Position numbers and translations under genes: made by a program. The notes under the pieces are model-generated. The model saw only the letters and a program-made list of their open reading frames with translations, was not told the origin of the DNA and did no database searches. A stretch of 64,000 bases of DNA from Eledone cirrhosa. Taxonomy: Eukaryota. This document shows, in pieces, positions 1-13,396 of the stretch; positions within the stretch are counted from its first letter, which is position 1, and each line of letters starts with the position of its first letter. The stretch covers positions 58,776,001 through 58,840,000 of the forward strand of contig OZ024743.1 of the NCBI GenBank assembly GCA_964016885.1, written 5' to 3'.

Positions 1-621
1 CCATGTGTCTCTGTTAAATATTTCAAGCAGAAATTTGGTATTATTATTATTATTATTATTATCATTATTACCATTATTATCATATCAAGAGTAAGCCAAA
101 ATGATAAAAGAGATGAAATAATTTACACACCACACTTAAAACCATGCAATGAATTCTTTTCAAAATTCCAGTATTCGCTAGTGTAAATTGATTATTTGAA
201 TTACAAAAGAAGCATTAATAGCTTGCTGCGTGGAAGCTATTTATTAAATGCAGAAACACAAAACAGTTGACTTCACTTCACATTTATCAATTATAACTTA
301 GTGTCAGACTTTCGTCGCACAGTCTGCCACCTGGTTACTAACAGAGTACTGAAACTAAGAAAAGAATTGACAAGAAGAAAATGATAATTATAAAGTAAAA
401 TTAACAGTTTTTCTATCATATTTTGAATATCTACAATGAGTCATCCACGATATAATTTCTTTAGTTTCAAGACACTTTAACAGATCAGTTGTCATAGAAG
501 TACAAATTTAGAATTAATAGTTCAATCATCGAACTATTTGAAATGCTAAATAATGTCGTGCGACATTATAGTAATTGTTCAAACAAGATGGGCAAATCGT
601 GTGAGAATGTTTGTTATATAA

Positions 622-800
622 TTGCTTCTACTTTAGGCACAATGCCAGCAATTATCCAGTGCATTACTGGTACTTTATTTCATCGACCCCGTAAGGATGA
701 AAGGCAAAGTCAACCTCGGCAGGATTTGAGCTCAGATCGTAAAGGGACGTAACTATGCTGGAAAGCATGGCGTCTGACCCTCTACCGATACTGTCAAATG
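622..800 (-). mobile_element. SINE copy (~190-bp family recurring across the window)
   Basis: Reverse complement matches the copies at 22410, 39844 and 51857 (core GACTTTGCCTTTCATCCTTACGGGGTCGATGAAATAAAGTACCAGTAATGCACTGG). Confidence 0.85.
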
Positions 801-1399
801 GGCATGAAATATAGTTTGGAAGTAAGAATACCAAATATAACAATTCTGTAGGCTTCACTGTTCATCAAAATAGTTTAAATTCAGTAATAGTTTGAGCATC
901 AAATTCCAGCAGAACTTGTGAAATAAGACTGGCGTCGAAGCTCTACATTTTAATCAGATACATTTGCTTCTGTTAGAGATTTGAATGAAAAGAAACGTTA
1001 AGTAATAACAATTGAAGAACAAAAAACAAACAAACATACAAAAACAATGGAAATGTATACTTGTAATACAAAATTAATTCGAGTGCAAAGAATGCATTAA
1101 ATCGGCTAAACATGATAATTGTAAAGGAACATTTTGTAAGGATGGAAAACTAACAGTAGGGAAATACAATTATTAGAACTATTAAAACAGTTCGAGAATT
1201 GCACGAACTATCAAGAAAAATATCTTAGCATTTAGCAGTAGTGATATATACAATAACCATATTGATTTTATTCTCGACCCCCACAAATATTAATCGAAAA
1301 TAAAGTGTGCTAAATTCGATTATAGTGCAGATCAATCAGCCATCATATACTAGTAATACTAGTAATAAAAAATCAGCTCAAAACAATCAAAATGAACGA

Positions 1400-1850
1400 A
1401 AACTCCAAGATAAAAGGCGATAAAAAAAAACCTTCTCACGCATGACAGAATGCAAATGAAAGATAGGAAGACAAATTTCATCCTTATTGTTATTAGATGT
1501 AAATGTTCAAGATATACTTGCATGTTTTGAAGAAATACTAAGAACAGCCATCATTAAGGTAGAAAGGGAACCTTTGGATAAATAAAGATGGTAAAGATCT
1601 CTTCTTTAATCAAGTGTGATGAACAAATTGGTCTTGAATAAAGATGTTATGAATATAAAAAGAAGAAATATGTTAGGAAGCAGGTTTGGCTGGAAATTAG
1701 AGCAGCTAAGGGTACAAGAAATATGGGAAGTCATAGAAATAAGTGAGAGAGCAAATAACCTACAAAAAACATCATGCCATATATTTAAAGCTATCGAAAG
1801 AGCAAGTTACTGAATATAGATATGGACGCCTACTAACAAAAGCACATGAG
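1400..1850 (+). pseudogene. Possible highly decayed C-terminus of an RLE-type non-LTR retrotransposon
   Basis: ORF 1616-1813 ends IFKAIERASY then a stop, loosely resembling the extreme C-terminus of RLE-bearing LINEs; weak. Confidence 0.25.
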
Positions 1851-4052
1851 GGTATTGATAGCTGGCTAGATTACTGTGAGTGACGGTAGAGCTACAAAAG
1901 GATGATGTTAGTAATGTGTTAAACCAATTAAGCTAATATATTTCGAGAGACAGAGAGTACTTCAGAAGCTGATAACCAAGCAATTAGAAAACTAAAATGT
2001 AGTCAATTCCCTGGAACACTTCACGTAGATAAAGAGGGTAGAGCATAGATGTTCATCACCAACATTAAACACAATTCCGTTTTTCGAAACGGGGTTCCTA
2101 ATTTCGGAATATGATGAAATATAAGGTAAAATGTAAACTATCGTTTTGATTTTCATTCTTGAATTTCTCATTTGTGTTGTAACTGCTTTTCCAAAGAAAT
2201 CATAACCACAATGTTCTATACAAATCATATTAAATGTATAAAGGTTAAATCAGTTGGGGAAGTGAACAGTTCGCTGATATTCTTTGTAACATAGTAAATA
2301 ATTTAAAATAATCTGTCAGAATCAATTGTTGGTCAACTGGCAAAGTATGAAAAGAACAATTTTATGGGAGAAACAAAATGTACAAATTATATTATAGCCC
2401 AATCAATGTTTTTCTATGTTGTACTTGCCCGAACGTAACTAACAATAAATACGAAATTTAAAGAAACAGGCTTCTTTCCAATAAAATAGGAAGAGCATCT
2501 AACATATTTCTATTTTCCACAGAATTATATGGACTGTTTGTAGTAGAATGTTATTATCGGACATTGTATGTTTATTCAAAGATATTCACCCGACTCCAAA
2601 GTATATTAAATGTGTTAGTAATATAATGTAATTTGGACCTATAGTGAATACGTACATACATGGCTAACATTTTTAGATGTACTCGAATGAACAGAATAGT
2701 ATTGAAACAAACTACTGCTAACGCACCAGTAATTCCGTAATATAGTAAACATTCACTCGGTTGTACTAAACTCGCTGTTCAAATTGACAATGCAACTTTG
2801 TCAGAGGAAATCTATATTTAAAGTCAAAATGAGTACCAAGTTTAATCTAAACTATAGACCAAATACGGATTCGGACAAAGACTCTATTGTATTACAATTT
2901 TATTTCATAAACATTTGACTACAACTCATTGTCCGAGGGAAATACCTGAAAAGAAGATAATTGACATGTATAATGTGAGGACAAATATGTCTAAAGAGTT
3001 AATATTGAGAATGAGTTGCACTGGATAATAAATATTTAGCATGTTTAAACGTTGGTTAGAGTGAGAATATAAATGGTCTCAACGGTTTCAAATATAAACA
3101 TTAGCACTCCCACGATATGATAAGCAGTAAATCAGTTTGAAAGATCGTCGTCAGGTATAGTTATTTATCACGGATGTAACATTTGAATACAAAAATAACA
3201 AAATAATGTTTCCTAATAATACAGATCTTAAATTAATTAACAACAGTCATCAGGAGAATGATTTTCTCATTACTCTGGTATTTTTCATTATTTATGAATT
3301 ATTCTTTGTTGTTATGGATGCTAACACCCAACTATTCTGCTTTTGTTGTCATTGTTGTGCTTGTCCCTATAGAAGTTGTTTTTGTTGTTTCTCATTCATA
3401 AGTCGTAGTTGTTGTGGTTACTACTATACAAGACAGTGTTGTCGTAGTTGCCCCTATAGATGTAGTTCTCCTTGACATGTTTGCGCCTATATAAGCAATC
3501 ATTGTTGTGGTTTCTTGTATAGAATTTGATGTTGTTGTAGGTGTTCCTAAAAAATTTGTTGTCATTGTTGTGGTTGCTCCATGAGAATTAATCTATTGTT
3601 GTGGTTGGTAATATATGAAGTTTTGTTATCGTTGTTCCTATAAAAGTCGTCGTTGATGTGACGGCCCCTGTATCAATCGCTGTTGTTTGGGTAGTTACTC
3701 CAACGGGAGTCCAATGCTGAAATTTTAGCTTCCTTGACAGGATAGTGCCAAATGGAATTGGCTAAAGATTTTATGTTTATATTCCAGAAAGTTTGCTACA
3801 GAAATTGCGATTCATTACAATAATTAAATATGTACATATGTAAATATGTACACAAAGTGATGGATATTGTTGGAGCGCACGTGCGTGTACGCGTGAATGA
3901 AATAGTGTGTACTACATCAAGAGTCTTCAGATCACCAGAAGTGAAAACTACATACATCACATGACGTTATTGTCTTAACATCGTCTGGAGGAGTATCATT
4001 GTAACATGATAGGAGACCATAACATTAATTCCAAGAACCTCATTACACATTT

Positions 4053-4092
<40 letters not shown>

Positions 4093-4347
4093 GAGTGTGT
4101 GTATTGAAATAAAGAGATAGAAAGTTGGAGAGAGGGAGAGAGTGTGTGAGAGAGAGAGAGAGATGGAGAGAGAAAGAGAAGAAGAGCGAGAAAGAGGAGG
4201 GGAGATAGAGTAGTAGAGAAAGAGAAAGAGAGAGTATGCGATGCTGAGCCAGGGAGACCATTGGAATGATTAGCTGAACACACAAGCCGCAACCGTATGG
4301 TGCCGTAGTCAGGATGTTACATCTCTCTCTCCCCCCTCTCTCTCTCT

Positions 4348-4554
<207 letters not shown>

Positions 4555-4560
4555 AGTGTA

Positions 4561-4670
4561 TCTACTATATGAATGGCGATTTCTGTCTGTCTGTGTATCT
4601 GTGTATCTGTGTAGAACCAGTTGGCGCCTACACCAGTGATCTGATCCTGATGAAACTTTACACTCATATT
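4561..4670 (+). mobile_element. Putative Helitron 5' terminus
   Basis: A|TCTACTATATGAATGG followed by a (CTGT)n-like stretch (TTCTGTCTGTCTGTGTATCTGTG), as in invertebrate Helitron/DINE-1-like 5' ends. Confidence 0.5.
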
Positions 4671-4914
4671 AAGTTAATATTTAGAAAAAGGACTGGCTAA
4701 TTCGATTTCTATAAAAATCAACAATGGAAACCCCGGGGACATCTTTGCATGGAGGAGGAAAAAGAAGACGTTTCAGTGAGAGAGGTGGAAGAGGGGATAC
4801 TACTACACTAATATAAACCCTCCTTCCCACTACTGTCCTTCAAATCGAGGCAACCATTTATTAGAAATATATAATGTGCGTTCAATCTCCCATCTGTAGA
4901 GAAATAGAGAGAGG

Positions 4915-4918
<4 letters not shown>

Positions 4919-4983
<65 letters not shown>

Positions 4984-4990
4984 AGAGAGA
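4919..4990. repeat. (GA)n microsatellite
   Basis: Directly visible. Confidence 0.97.
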
Positions 4991-6353
4991 GATCGTATGA
5001 GAAAAGAGAGAGAGAGAGTGGTTGAGAAAGAAAGAAAGAGATTAAGGGGAATGGGGATGGAAGAAAATGATAGCAGCGTTCGATAACTTTAACTGTTATT
5101 TATTCTTTACACACTTTCCTGAACCTTACGTCTCTTTCTCTCTCTCTTTCACACAAGACTGTGTGTGTGTGTGTATATGTGTCTTTTGTGTGTGTGTGAG
5201 AGAGAGAGAGAGTGTGTGTGTGTTTCGTGTGTCCGCGAAGTTACAATGTCGCAAGAACGGGAGAAAATTTTGCTTCGTCAGATGTCTGGTGTGGGTCATG
5301 TATATTTCAACGCATTAAAGACAATATATATTACCCCAGTGCGTCAATAACTAAAGGAAGTTATTAGGGGAAAAGGGGGAGAGAGAGAGAAAAAAGTAGA
5401 AACAGAAGGGAAAAGGGAAGAAAAAGAAAAAAAACAGTGAAAAAACAGGAAACAACAAACCGAAGAGGGAAACCCGAAGCACATATGTGTGAGCAACTCG
5501 AAGAAGGAGAAACCACTAAAGTCAACATCAATTACTGAACTTGAGTTAGAGATTTGTGTGGACGAGAGAAAAAGCGTCTGATCTCCGGAAGAATAATTGA
5601 GAAAGAGACAGCTAAAGGAACAGGCGAAGGAACAGTGATGTGGCAAGCAGAGAGAGGGAGAGTGAAAGTGAGAAGGAGAAGGGGAGAGGAAGAAAGAGAG
5701 GGAAGAGTTGATAACAACAAAATATATAAGTATAAAGAGAGAACTGGTCACATCGAAACTTGATAAAAATTTAAGAAGAAACAGAGACTGTGTAGTTGCT
5801 GGTTAGGTGTACTCATAAATAAGAGGAAAGCAATAACGGGAGAAAACTTTCCTTCATCAGTTGTCTGCTGGGGGTCATGGATATGTCAACGCATTGTATA
5901 CAACATTAATGTTTCTATGCTTCATACCCATGGACAATACATTTTTCTGCATGAATATTATGACTAACATTATAAAGCATTTAATACCTACATGTATCCA
6001 TTTACTACACCATTTTCTTACATATTGCATGCACACTACTGTTATTAATTTTCTTGATATGATATTCTTGCTATAACATTTTTGTTATGATTTGTTGATG
6101 TATCTAATAATGCTTATATACACCATATACCTTCTAATACTTATATTATAGCTTTCACACAAATTTTCATTATGCCTTTCATTATGCTTTAACACACATT
6201 TTCAATGCATTAAACACAATTTGATTGTTATTTATGTCGTATTTCTGGTAGGTTGTGTATATGATGTTTTACATTGAGCTACTTATCTTACTGGTAATCG
6301 GGTAATATACAATATTACCATTATCTTATTTATATTTATATATATAAGTATAA

Positions 6354-6387
<34 letters not shown>

Positions 6388-6478
6388 TGCTCTGATTATT
6401 TAATTTATTACTTCTTCATTGAGCCACATCGTGACCGGTTGCCACACATATATATCTGTGACTTTGTGTATATGTAAA

Positions 6479-6594
<116 letters not shown>

Positions 6595-6975
6595 TTTACA
6601 TATACACAAAGTCACAGATATATATGTGTGGAAACCGGTCACGATGTGGCTCAATGAAGAAGTAATAAATTAAATAATCAGAGCAATATATCATAAATCA
6701 TGTCCTTAGAATTATTAGATAAAATATATACCATTTCCTATCCCAATTAGCATAATTAACCATAAAAAAAATCAATTACACCAGACTATAAGAATAAAGG
6801 CTCCTATGAAGAAATATTTGACAAATAACCGAAAGCGACCTCTTCGCGGTGACCACAATAGAGTATTTGCCCAACATTTCAACAGCATGTAGAAACTGAC
6901 CAAATATACCGTCAACCATACACAATTAGGTGTAAATTTAAACTTAGAAGAAACGTGTACATACCGTAATTACAA

Positions 6976-7056
6976 CTCTACTACCATGGTTTCGTTCGTG
7001 TTTTGAGATATCCTATTATTAAGGACGAATCTAGAGTAACAAACTCATCAGGAGAC
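6976..7056 (-). ncRNA. Type I hammerhead ribozyme motif, family A (long stem II)
   Basis: Minus strand: GTCTC-CTGATGA-GTTTGT...ACGAAC-GAAA-CCATGG-TA-GTAGAG, with palindromic helix III ACCATGGT; helix I is disturbed by a TAG duplication. Confidence 0.7.
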
Positions 7057-7641
7057 ACACTCAATCGGTCAGTTAATTTTCCAAAGCGTTCGCGCCAGAA
7101 ATAGATTTAAAAATGGCTAAGAATCGTGACATGGCAGTGGTCAAGTTAGAAAGAACGTGATTAGTTGCTTACGGCGAGTAGGCTGGTTGCTAGAAAGGGC
7201 AGCCCAATATCGCCCAATTGCATCTCAACCCAACGGGAGATTATTAACTATAAAGATTTACATATACATAAAGTCACAGATATATATGTGGCAACCGGTC
7301 ACGATGTGGCTCAATGAAGAATTAATAAATTAAATAATCAGAGCACTATATCGTAAATCCTGTCCTTAGAATTATTAGATAAAATATATACCATTTCCTC
7401 TCCCATATAAAAAATCAATTAGACCAGGCTCTAGGAATAAAGGCTCCTATAAGAATAATCTCCCGTTGGGTTGAGATGCAATTGGGCGATATTAGGCTGC
7501 GCTTTCTAGCAAGCAGCCTACTCGCCGTAAGCAACTAATCACATTCTTTCTAACTTGACCACTGCCACGTCACGGTTCTTAGCCATTTTTAAAATTTATT
7601 TCTGGAGCGATCGCTTTGGAAAATTATGTCCGATTGAGTCT

Positions 7642-7721
7642 GTCTTCTGATGAGTTCGTTACTCTAGATTCATCCTTAATAATAGGATATCTCAAAATAC
7701 GAACGAAATCATGGTAGAGAT
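7642..7721 (+). ncRNA. Type I hammerhead ribozyme motif, family A (long stem II)
   Basis: GTCTT-CTGATGA-GTTCGT...ACGAAC-GAAA-TCATGG-TA-GAGAT; intact core, GUA cleavage triplet. Confidence 0.78.
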
Positions 7722-8052
7722 GTAATTACGGTATGTACACGTTTCTTCTAAGTTTAAATTTACACCTAATTGTGTATGGTTGACGATATATTTGGTCAGT
7801 TTCTACATGCTGTTGAAATGTTGGATAAATACTCTGTTGTTGTCACCGCGAAGAGGCCGTTTTCGGTTATTTATCAAATTTTTTTTCATAGGAGCCTTTA
7901 TTCTTATAGCCTGGTCTAATTGATTTTTTATATGGTTAATTATGCTAATTGGGAGAGGAAATGGTATATATTTTATCTAATAATTCTAAGGACATGATTT
8001 ATGATATATATATATATATATATATATAAGTGGTTACACCACAGTTAGTTCA

Positions 8053-8118
8053 CCATACCGAGAACAATTGTTTCACCATAGCGGATCCGCTAAGGTGAAA
8101 CAATTGTTCTCGGTATGG
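8053..8118. repeat. 66-bp loopless palindrome (one mismatch) centred on GGATCC
   Basis: CCATACCGAGAACAATTGTTTCACC-A-TAGCGGA|TCCGCTA-A-GGTGAAACAATTGTTCTCGGTATGG. Confidence 0.95.
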
Positions 8119-8720
8119 AGAAAAACCACAGACCCTCCATCTCAACACTACTTTTTAAAAGCAGAAGAACTGCGGAACCGGTAAAGGAACCAAACAAATA
8201 TATATATATTTTTTAAAATAAGACTCCAGTTGCATTTTCCATTTCACCTTTTTTTCTTTATACTTTCACTCGTGTAGGACACCTCGGTCATTTTTCATTG
8301 TGTAAAGAAACTCAATTTCTAATATATATATATATGTATATTTCTCAACCTGTTAGTTCTATCGTTACTTTGGTATATTATTGTGGGTTAGATTTGGCCT
8401 ACCACAATGTTCGATTTGTCAAGCTATTTAAACGTATGTTATTACTCTAAGGACCTAACTTATTGAGTACTTTGCTAACTCATCATTTCATATAAGTAGG
8501 CCGAATTTGCTTGCAAACCGCCAGAGATTCGATTTTACTAAATTCCCATTTATATATATATATATATTTATATATAAATAATATTAATAAATGGAAACTA
8601 TCTTTTTAAAACCATATTTATTTTATTATACATACACACATCCTCATGTTCTCCCCCCCCACCCCACCACTCTCATGCGTTCGGAGCAAATGATAAAATT
8701 TGCTCCGAAAGAACTACACG

Positions 8721-8807
8721 TGTCTGAAGAAACCTGCAGCCGTAGAATCAGCCAGATCCATACATGGACCATGTCTCGAGCTACCTGCCGGCGAAAGAAT
8801 TGTAACA
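8721..8807 (+). ncRNA. Hammerhead-like motif, family F (long stem II, slightly degenerate)
   Basis: TGT-CTGAAGA-..GCAG..GTAG...CTAC-CTGC..-GAAA-GAATTG-TA-ACA, preceded by a hairpin TTCGGAGCAAAT/ATTTGCTCCGAA at 8680-8709. Confidence 0.55.
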
Positions 8808-8857
8808 AGCAATAAATTGAGTCCAGATGCATCACTGATTTTTCGTTTTCTTTATAC

Positions 8858-8894
<37 letters not shown>

Positions 8895-9018
8895 GTAGGA
8901 GGTGAGTTTTATTGTAGTACAATAAAGCAATGCAGATATCGGATAAGAAGCACTCTACAGTTTGTGGGACTGGAGTATGCATAATATAAGATCAAAAGAT
9001 GGTTAAAGGAGTTCCATA

Positions 9019-9089
9019 TATTTTATTATGCGCATTTCAAAAACAAACATCATCAAGCAATAATATTTGTGTTTTCATCAGATAAAACA
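9019..9089 (-). ncRNA. Hammerhead ribozyme, family B
   Basis: Reverse complement of the motif at 9189-9259. Confidence 0.82.
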
Positions 9090-9188
9090 GGAGAACATGA
9101 TATGAAGGCTAAAAAAACACTTGTTGATATGTTGATTTAAAACTGCACTATCAACAAGTGTTTTTTTAGCCTTCATATCATGTTCTCC

Positions 9189-9259
9189 TGTTTTATCTGA
9201 TGAAAACACAAATATTATTGCTTGATGATGTTTGTTTTTGAAATGCGCATAATAAAATA
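9189..9259 (+). ncRNA. Hammerhead ribozyme, family B
   Basis: TGTTTTAT-CTGATGA-AAACACAAATATTATTG..TGATGATGTTTGTTTTT-GAAA-TGCGCA-TA-ATAAAATA; 8-bp helix I, palindromic helix III ATGCGCAT. Confidence 0.82.
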
Positions 9260-9287
9260 TATGGAACTCCTTTAACCATCTTTTGAT

Positions 9288-9382
<95 letters not shown>

Positions 9383-9573
9383 ACAGGGAGAAAGAGACGA
9401 TTATTAGGAAGACAAATATATATCTTTTTTCCTATTTTGTTTCTCTCTCTATTGTGGGTTAGAAAATGATTAAAACGAAATGTTTTACTTTGTGTGAAGT
9501 GTTAAGGTATTAGTTGATTTATTTATTATTTAACAATGGCATTTATTTATCTATTTATCTATTTAATAATTGT

Positions 9574-9614
9574 CTATTACCGGTTTCAGCATTTTTTGCA
9601 TTATCAAATGATAG
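9574..9614 (-). ncRNA. Degenerate hammerhead-like relic, family H
   Basis: Minus strand: CTAT..TTGATAA-TGCAAAAAATGCT-GAAA-CCGG-TA-ATAG; core has two substitutions from CUGAUGA. Confidence 0.4.
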
Positions 9615-10140
9615 TGAAATATATTAGTGTGGTGTCGCACATGTTAAAGAGAAGTTGCAGAAAGAATAATGTTATTTACAAACAAGGTTTATGAAGTGAA
9701 AAGAAAAAGGAAAAAAAGAAAAAAACGGCCATAATATAGAGCATAAAAAGTCAATGTGGAAGAAAAAATAATGTTATTTACAGGCATAGTTCTTGAAGTT
9801 AAGCAGATCAAAATGTGTTAATATAGCAAGAGTGCTTAGTTGATCCATGATTTCATGAGGGAGGCAAATGCTGGACTGAGGTTTGATATGATTTCCCTTT
9901 TTAGAGAGTTAATATGCAGAGGGAAGCAATTCTTGCTGGATGATATTTAATTTATTTAAGAAAAAGGATTAGATAGGGGGTGAGGGAGGTAACTCTTGTA
10001 AATGTTTAATTGTTTGTTGCAGTTTTAGATTGGCCGGATTTTTAGAGCATATATATATACATGTATACATATATATATGGGATAACAAGTTACCGTTATA
10101 GGTAATCCACTTAGAGGTTGTGAGTATTGTGGATAGTTTT

Positions 10141-10390
10141 ATTTTTTTAATTTTTAATTTTTTAATTTTTTAATTTTTTAATTTTTTAATTTTTTAATTT
10201 TTTAATTTTTTAATTTTTTAATTTTTTAATTTTTTAATTTTTTAATTTTTTAATTTTTTAATTTTTTAATTTTTTAATTTTTCAATTTTTTAATTTTTTT
10301 ATTTTTTTTTATTTTTTTTTATTTTTTTATTATTTACTTTTTAAATTTTAATTTTTTTTTTTTAATTTATTTTTTTTTTTCAATTTTTTT
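10141..10390. repeat. (TTTTTTAA)n 8-bp tandem repeat decaying into T-rich low complexity
   Basis: Directly visible. Confidence 0.95.
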
Positions 10391-10885
10391 TTTCTTAATT
10401 CTTTATTAAGTACAATGACACCCTCTAAAGCTATTCTTTAAACGTAGATTAATAACCATTAACTGATTTTAGCGAAATGTATCCTAAACATTCATATTTC
10501 TTTCGACTAAATAATTAAGTAATCTCACACTAACGATTACCAAATAAAATCGGAGTTATCTTTCCATTTCAATCATATAAATATTATACCTAACTCTGTT
10601 AATTTGATTTAAAAATTCTCAATTTTAACTACATATTTATTTAGATAAAATACAAAATCAATTTCCCTCGTAACTCATATTAGAACAACCATCTAAAACT
10701 TGAACCACCTATTTATTTATTTAATTATTTAACTACTTAAAACACAAAATCCACCTCCCTCGTAACTCATTATAAACAACTAATAATTGTAAATAGGCCT
10801 TTTAATAAAAATACATATGCTATTGACTAATGTGGCCACTAGGTGGACGAAGGCTGTCTTTGGATAACCATGATAATTACGTCAC

Positions 10886-12175
10886 ATGTGCGAAACTTAC
10901 CGGACAGGGTCAAATACCCTTCCCACAGCTATCCTGTCAGAAACATCCTATGACATTGATGCTCTTTCCCAACATGTTATTGCAACTGAACCACAAATGC
11001 CTCCAGACCAACAACGGGCTTACAGTATTATTTTTGACCATCTGCGCCACCAAAAAGGAGATATATTCTTCCTTGATGCACCTGGAGGGACAGGAAAAAC
11101 ATTTGCAACAAAGCTCCTCCTTGCAAAGGTTAGGCAGCACTAGGATATCGGGGTAGCTGTGGCCTCATCTGGGATTTCTGCAAATTTGTTGCCCGGTAGC
11201 AGGACAGCACACTCAACCTTTAAGCTGCCTCTTAATTTAGCAGCATCTGCAAGAGCTCAGACCAGGAGCAAGTCCTCAGAAGGTGTCATCTCATCGTGTG
11301 GGATGAATGCACCATAGCTCTCAATGGAGCTCTGGGAGCAGTAGATAGAGCCCTAACACATATCAGAGACTCTTAGACTCCAATGGGACGTGTAACGCTT
11401 CTGTTGTCTGGTGATTTCAGGCAGGGCAGATGAAGTCCAAGCACACCTTATCCTCTCCATTGTGGCAACAAGTTACAACACTGACACTTACCACTAACAT
11501 GGGACGGCGACCAACTATCAGCGAAATTTGAACGGGACATTTTTACACTTGGCGTTGGCAAGGTGCCTCTAGATGCTGGTGGAGAAATGACAGTCGGTCC
11601 AGTTTGCGCTATTGTTAATACAGTGGATGATTTCAAAGATCAAGTGTTTCCAAATTTGAATGAAAATTATGAAAACCACAATTGGCTGAGTAAAAGAGCA
11701 GTACTGGCTAAAAAAAACAACGCTGTTAGTAAACTTAACGAGCAGTTGGTGCAGTCCCTTCCTGGTAGTCTTATAACTTACAAGTTACTTGATACAATCG
11801 TAGATCAAATTGGAATGGTAAATTATCCACCAAAATTTCTCAAATCGTTGGAGCCCCCAGGACAACCTCTCCACATATTAGACCACCATTCTTTCTGGAT
11901 ATGGAAAAGGTGATGATGTATTCATTCCAAGAATTCCTATCATTCCATCAGGAGAAGAAATTCCATTTTCCTTTAGAAAACTGCAATTTATCATTCGTGT
12001 CAGATTTGCTATGTCCATAAACAAATCGCAGTGTCAGACCTTATCTGAGGCAGGACTTTATTTGGAAGAGTCATGTTACTCACACGGAAAATTGTATGTT
12101 GGCTGCTCTAGAGTGGGAAGCAAAGGAAATCTATTTCCATATGCTCGACAAGGAAAAACAAGGAACATTGTTTAC
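10886..12175 (+). pseudogene. Helitron RepHel C-terminal Pif1-like helicase, frameshifted with stops
   Basis: FFLDAPGGTGKTF (Walker A), then VAVASSGISA, GSRTAHSTFKLPL, LIVWDEC, LLLSGDFRQ, WLSKRAVLA, VFIPRIPIIP, FAMSINKSQ and LYVGCSRVG across frames. Confidence 0.92.
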
Positions 12176-12910
12176 TAAGAGGTCTTATAATCGCAACAAT
12201 AAGGAAGTAGGTACGTACGCACCTTTTCTTGAACAAACCTTTTCTTAATCAAAATCAGTTCATTTTGTGTGAGGTAAACCCCTCCAAAGAAGAGATCCTC
12301 CATTGATTGACAAATTGTGAGAGAGTGAAAAGACTGAGAGCAAATTAATCCCAACAGGAAACTGCAAAATGGTTCATGTACAGCTACTACAGATTTGTTG
12401 GTATCTTTATATAACAAATACAGATTTTGATTTAATGGGTGTTTTAAGATATATAAAACAGATGTTTGTGTGTGTGTGTATGTGTGTATGTGTGTGTGTG
12501 TGTCTCTCTCTGTGTATGTTTATGTGTGTGTGTGTAAATCTTATGCATTTTCTACAATATGCAGCCGATTTGCACCAAACATTCGACATCGGTTACCTAT
12601 GTACTCCGGGTGGACATGGGCACTTTCATCTCTCAAGATATTGATTATAGGGCCCCCGAGGCAGTTAAACCCCTTTAACCGTTTCCTTGGAGGCGACAAA
12701 ACGTCATAACTTCTGGAGTTGGCAACCGATTTTCAACAAATTTGACACATGTGCTATGTATGTTCTACAGATGAAGATGAACACCCAGAATTGGCACATG
12801 TTGAGTAGGGAACCACTGGGGACAGGAACTCTTTATGGAAAAAGCCGATGATTTTGTACAAGAATAGTTTTCGAAGCAGCACCGAAGTATTGACATTAAT
12901 GTTATTTAAT

Positions 12911-12939
12911 ACCCGAGCAACGTCGGGCACCTCTGCTAG
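12911..12939 (+). mobile_element. Helitron 3' terminus (hairpin plus CTAG)
   Basis: ACCCGAGCAACGTCGGG hairpin, 8-nt spacer, then CTAG|T; ~750 bp downstream of the helicase on the same strand. Confidence 0.8.
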
Positions 12940-13049
<110 letters not shown>

Positions 13050-13140
13050 TGTGGGTCACCTTAACGGCCATAACCCATAGGAGCTGGTAGTTGGCATTAT
13101 ATTTGCAGACTATGGGACTTAGTCCTATAGGATGGAAATA

Positions 13141-13220
13141 GCTATCTGATGAACTTTAATTTTCCGTTAGAAATTCTCTAAATTTCTAATTTTTTGTAAA
13201 GCGAATCCGCCGGTAATAGC
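13141..13220 (+). ncRNA. Hammerhead-like motif, family D (long stem II)
   Basis: GCTAT-CTGATGA-ACTTTA..TTAGAAATT/AATTTCTAA..TAAAGC-GAAT-CCGCCGG-TA-ATAGC; perfect 5-bp helix I, but GAAA is changed to GAAT. Confidence 0.62.
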
Positions 13221-13332
13221 ATTATGAAAAGATATATATTTAAATCATTTTTTAATTAATTTAAAGGATTGTTTAATGTTTGTGTGTTCTGCTCATTTCC
13301 ATTTTTATATGTAATATATATATTTATATATA

Positions 13333-13394
<62 letters not shown>

Positions 13395-13396
<2 letters not shown>

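Larger units (their letters stand above)
8893..9290. mobile_element. Fold-back of two PLE pseudo-LTR ends (same family as 25655-33210)
   Basis: 8893-9128 closely matches 29253-29490 (minus orientation) and 9129-9290 matches 32952-33112 (plus); bounded by (TA)n on both sides. Confidence 0.88.

Noticed and set aside
3206-3700. Cys-rich 89-aa ORF resembling a metallothionein or toxin
   Set aside because: It arises from a decayed (GTT)n-rich minisatellite (TTGTTGT..CCTATAGAAG); there are no splice or homology clues.
8440-8525. Additional hammerhead candidates (CTAAGGA..GAAT here; also 16419-16705 and 34092-34335)
   Set aside because: The cores are too degenerate, or helix I/III cannot be formed convincingly.
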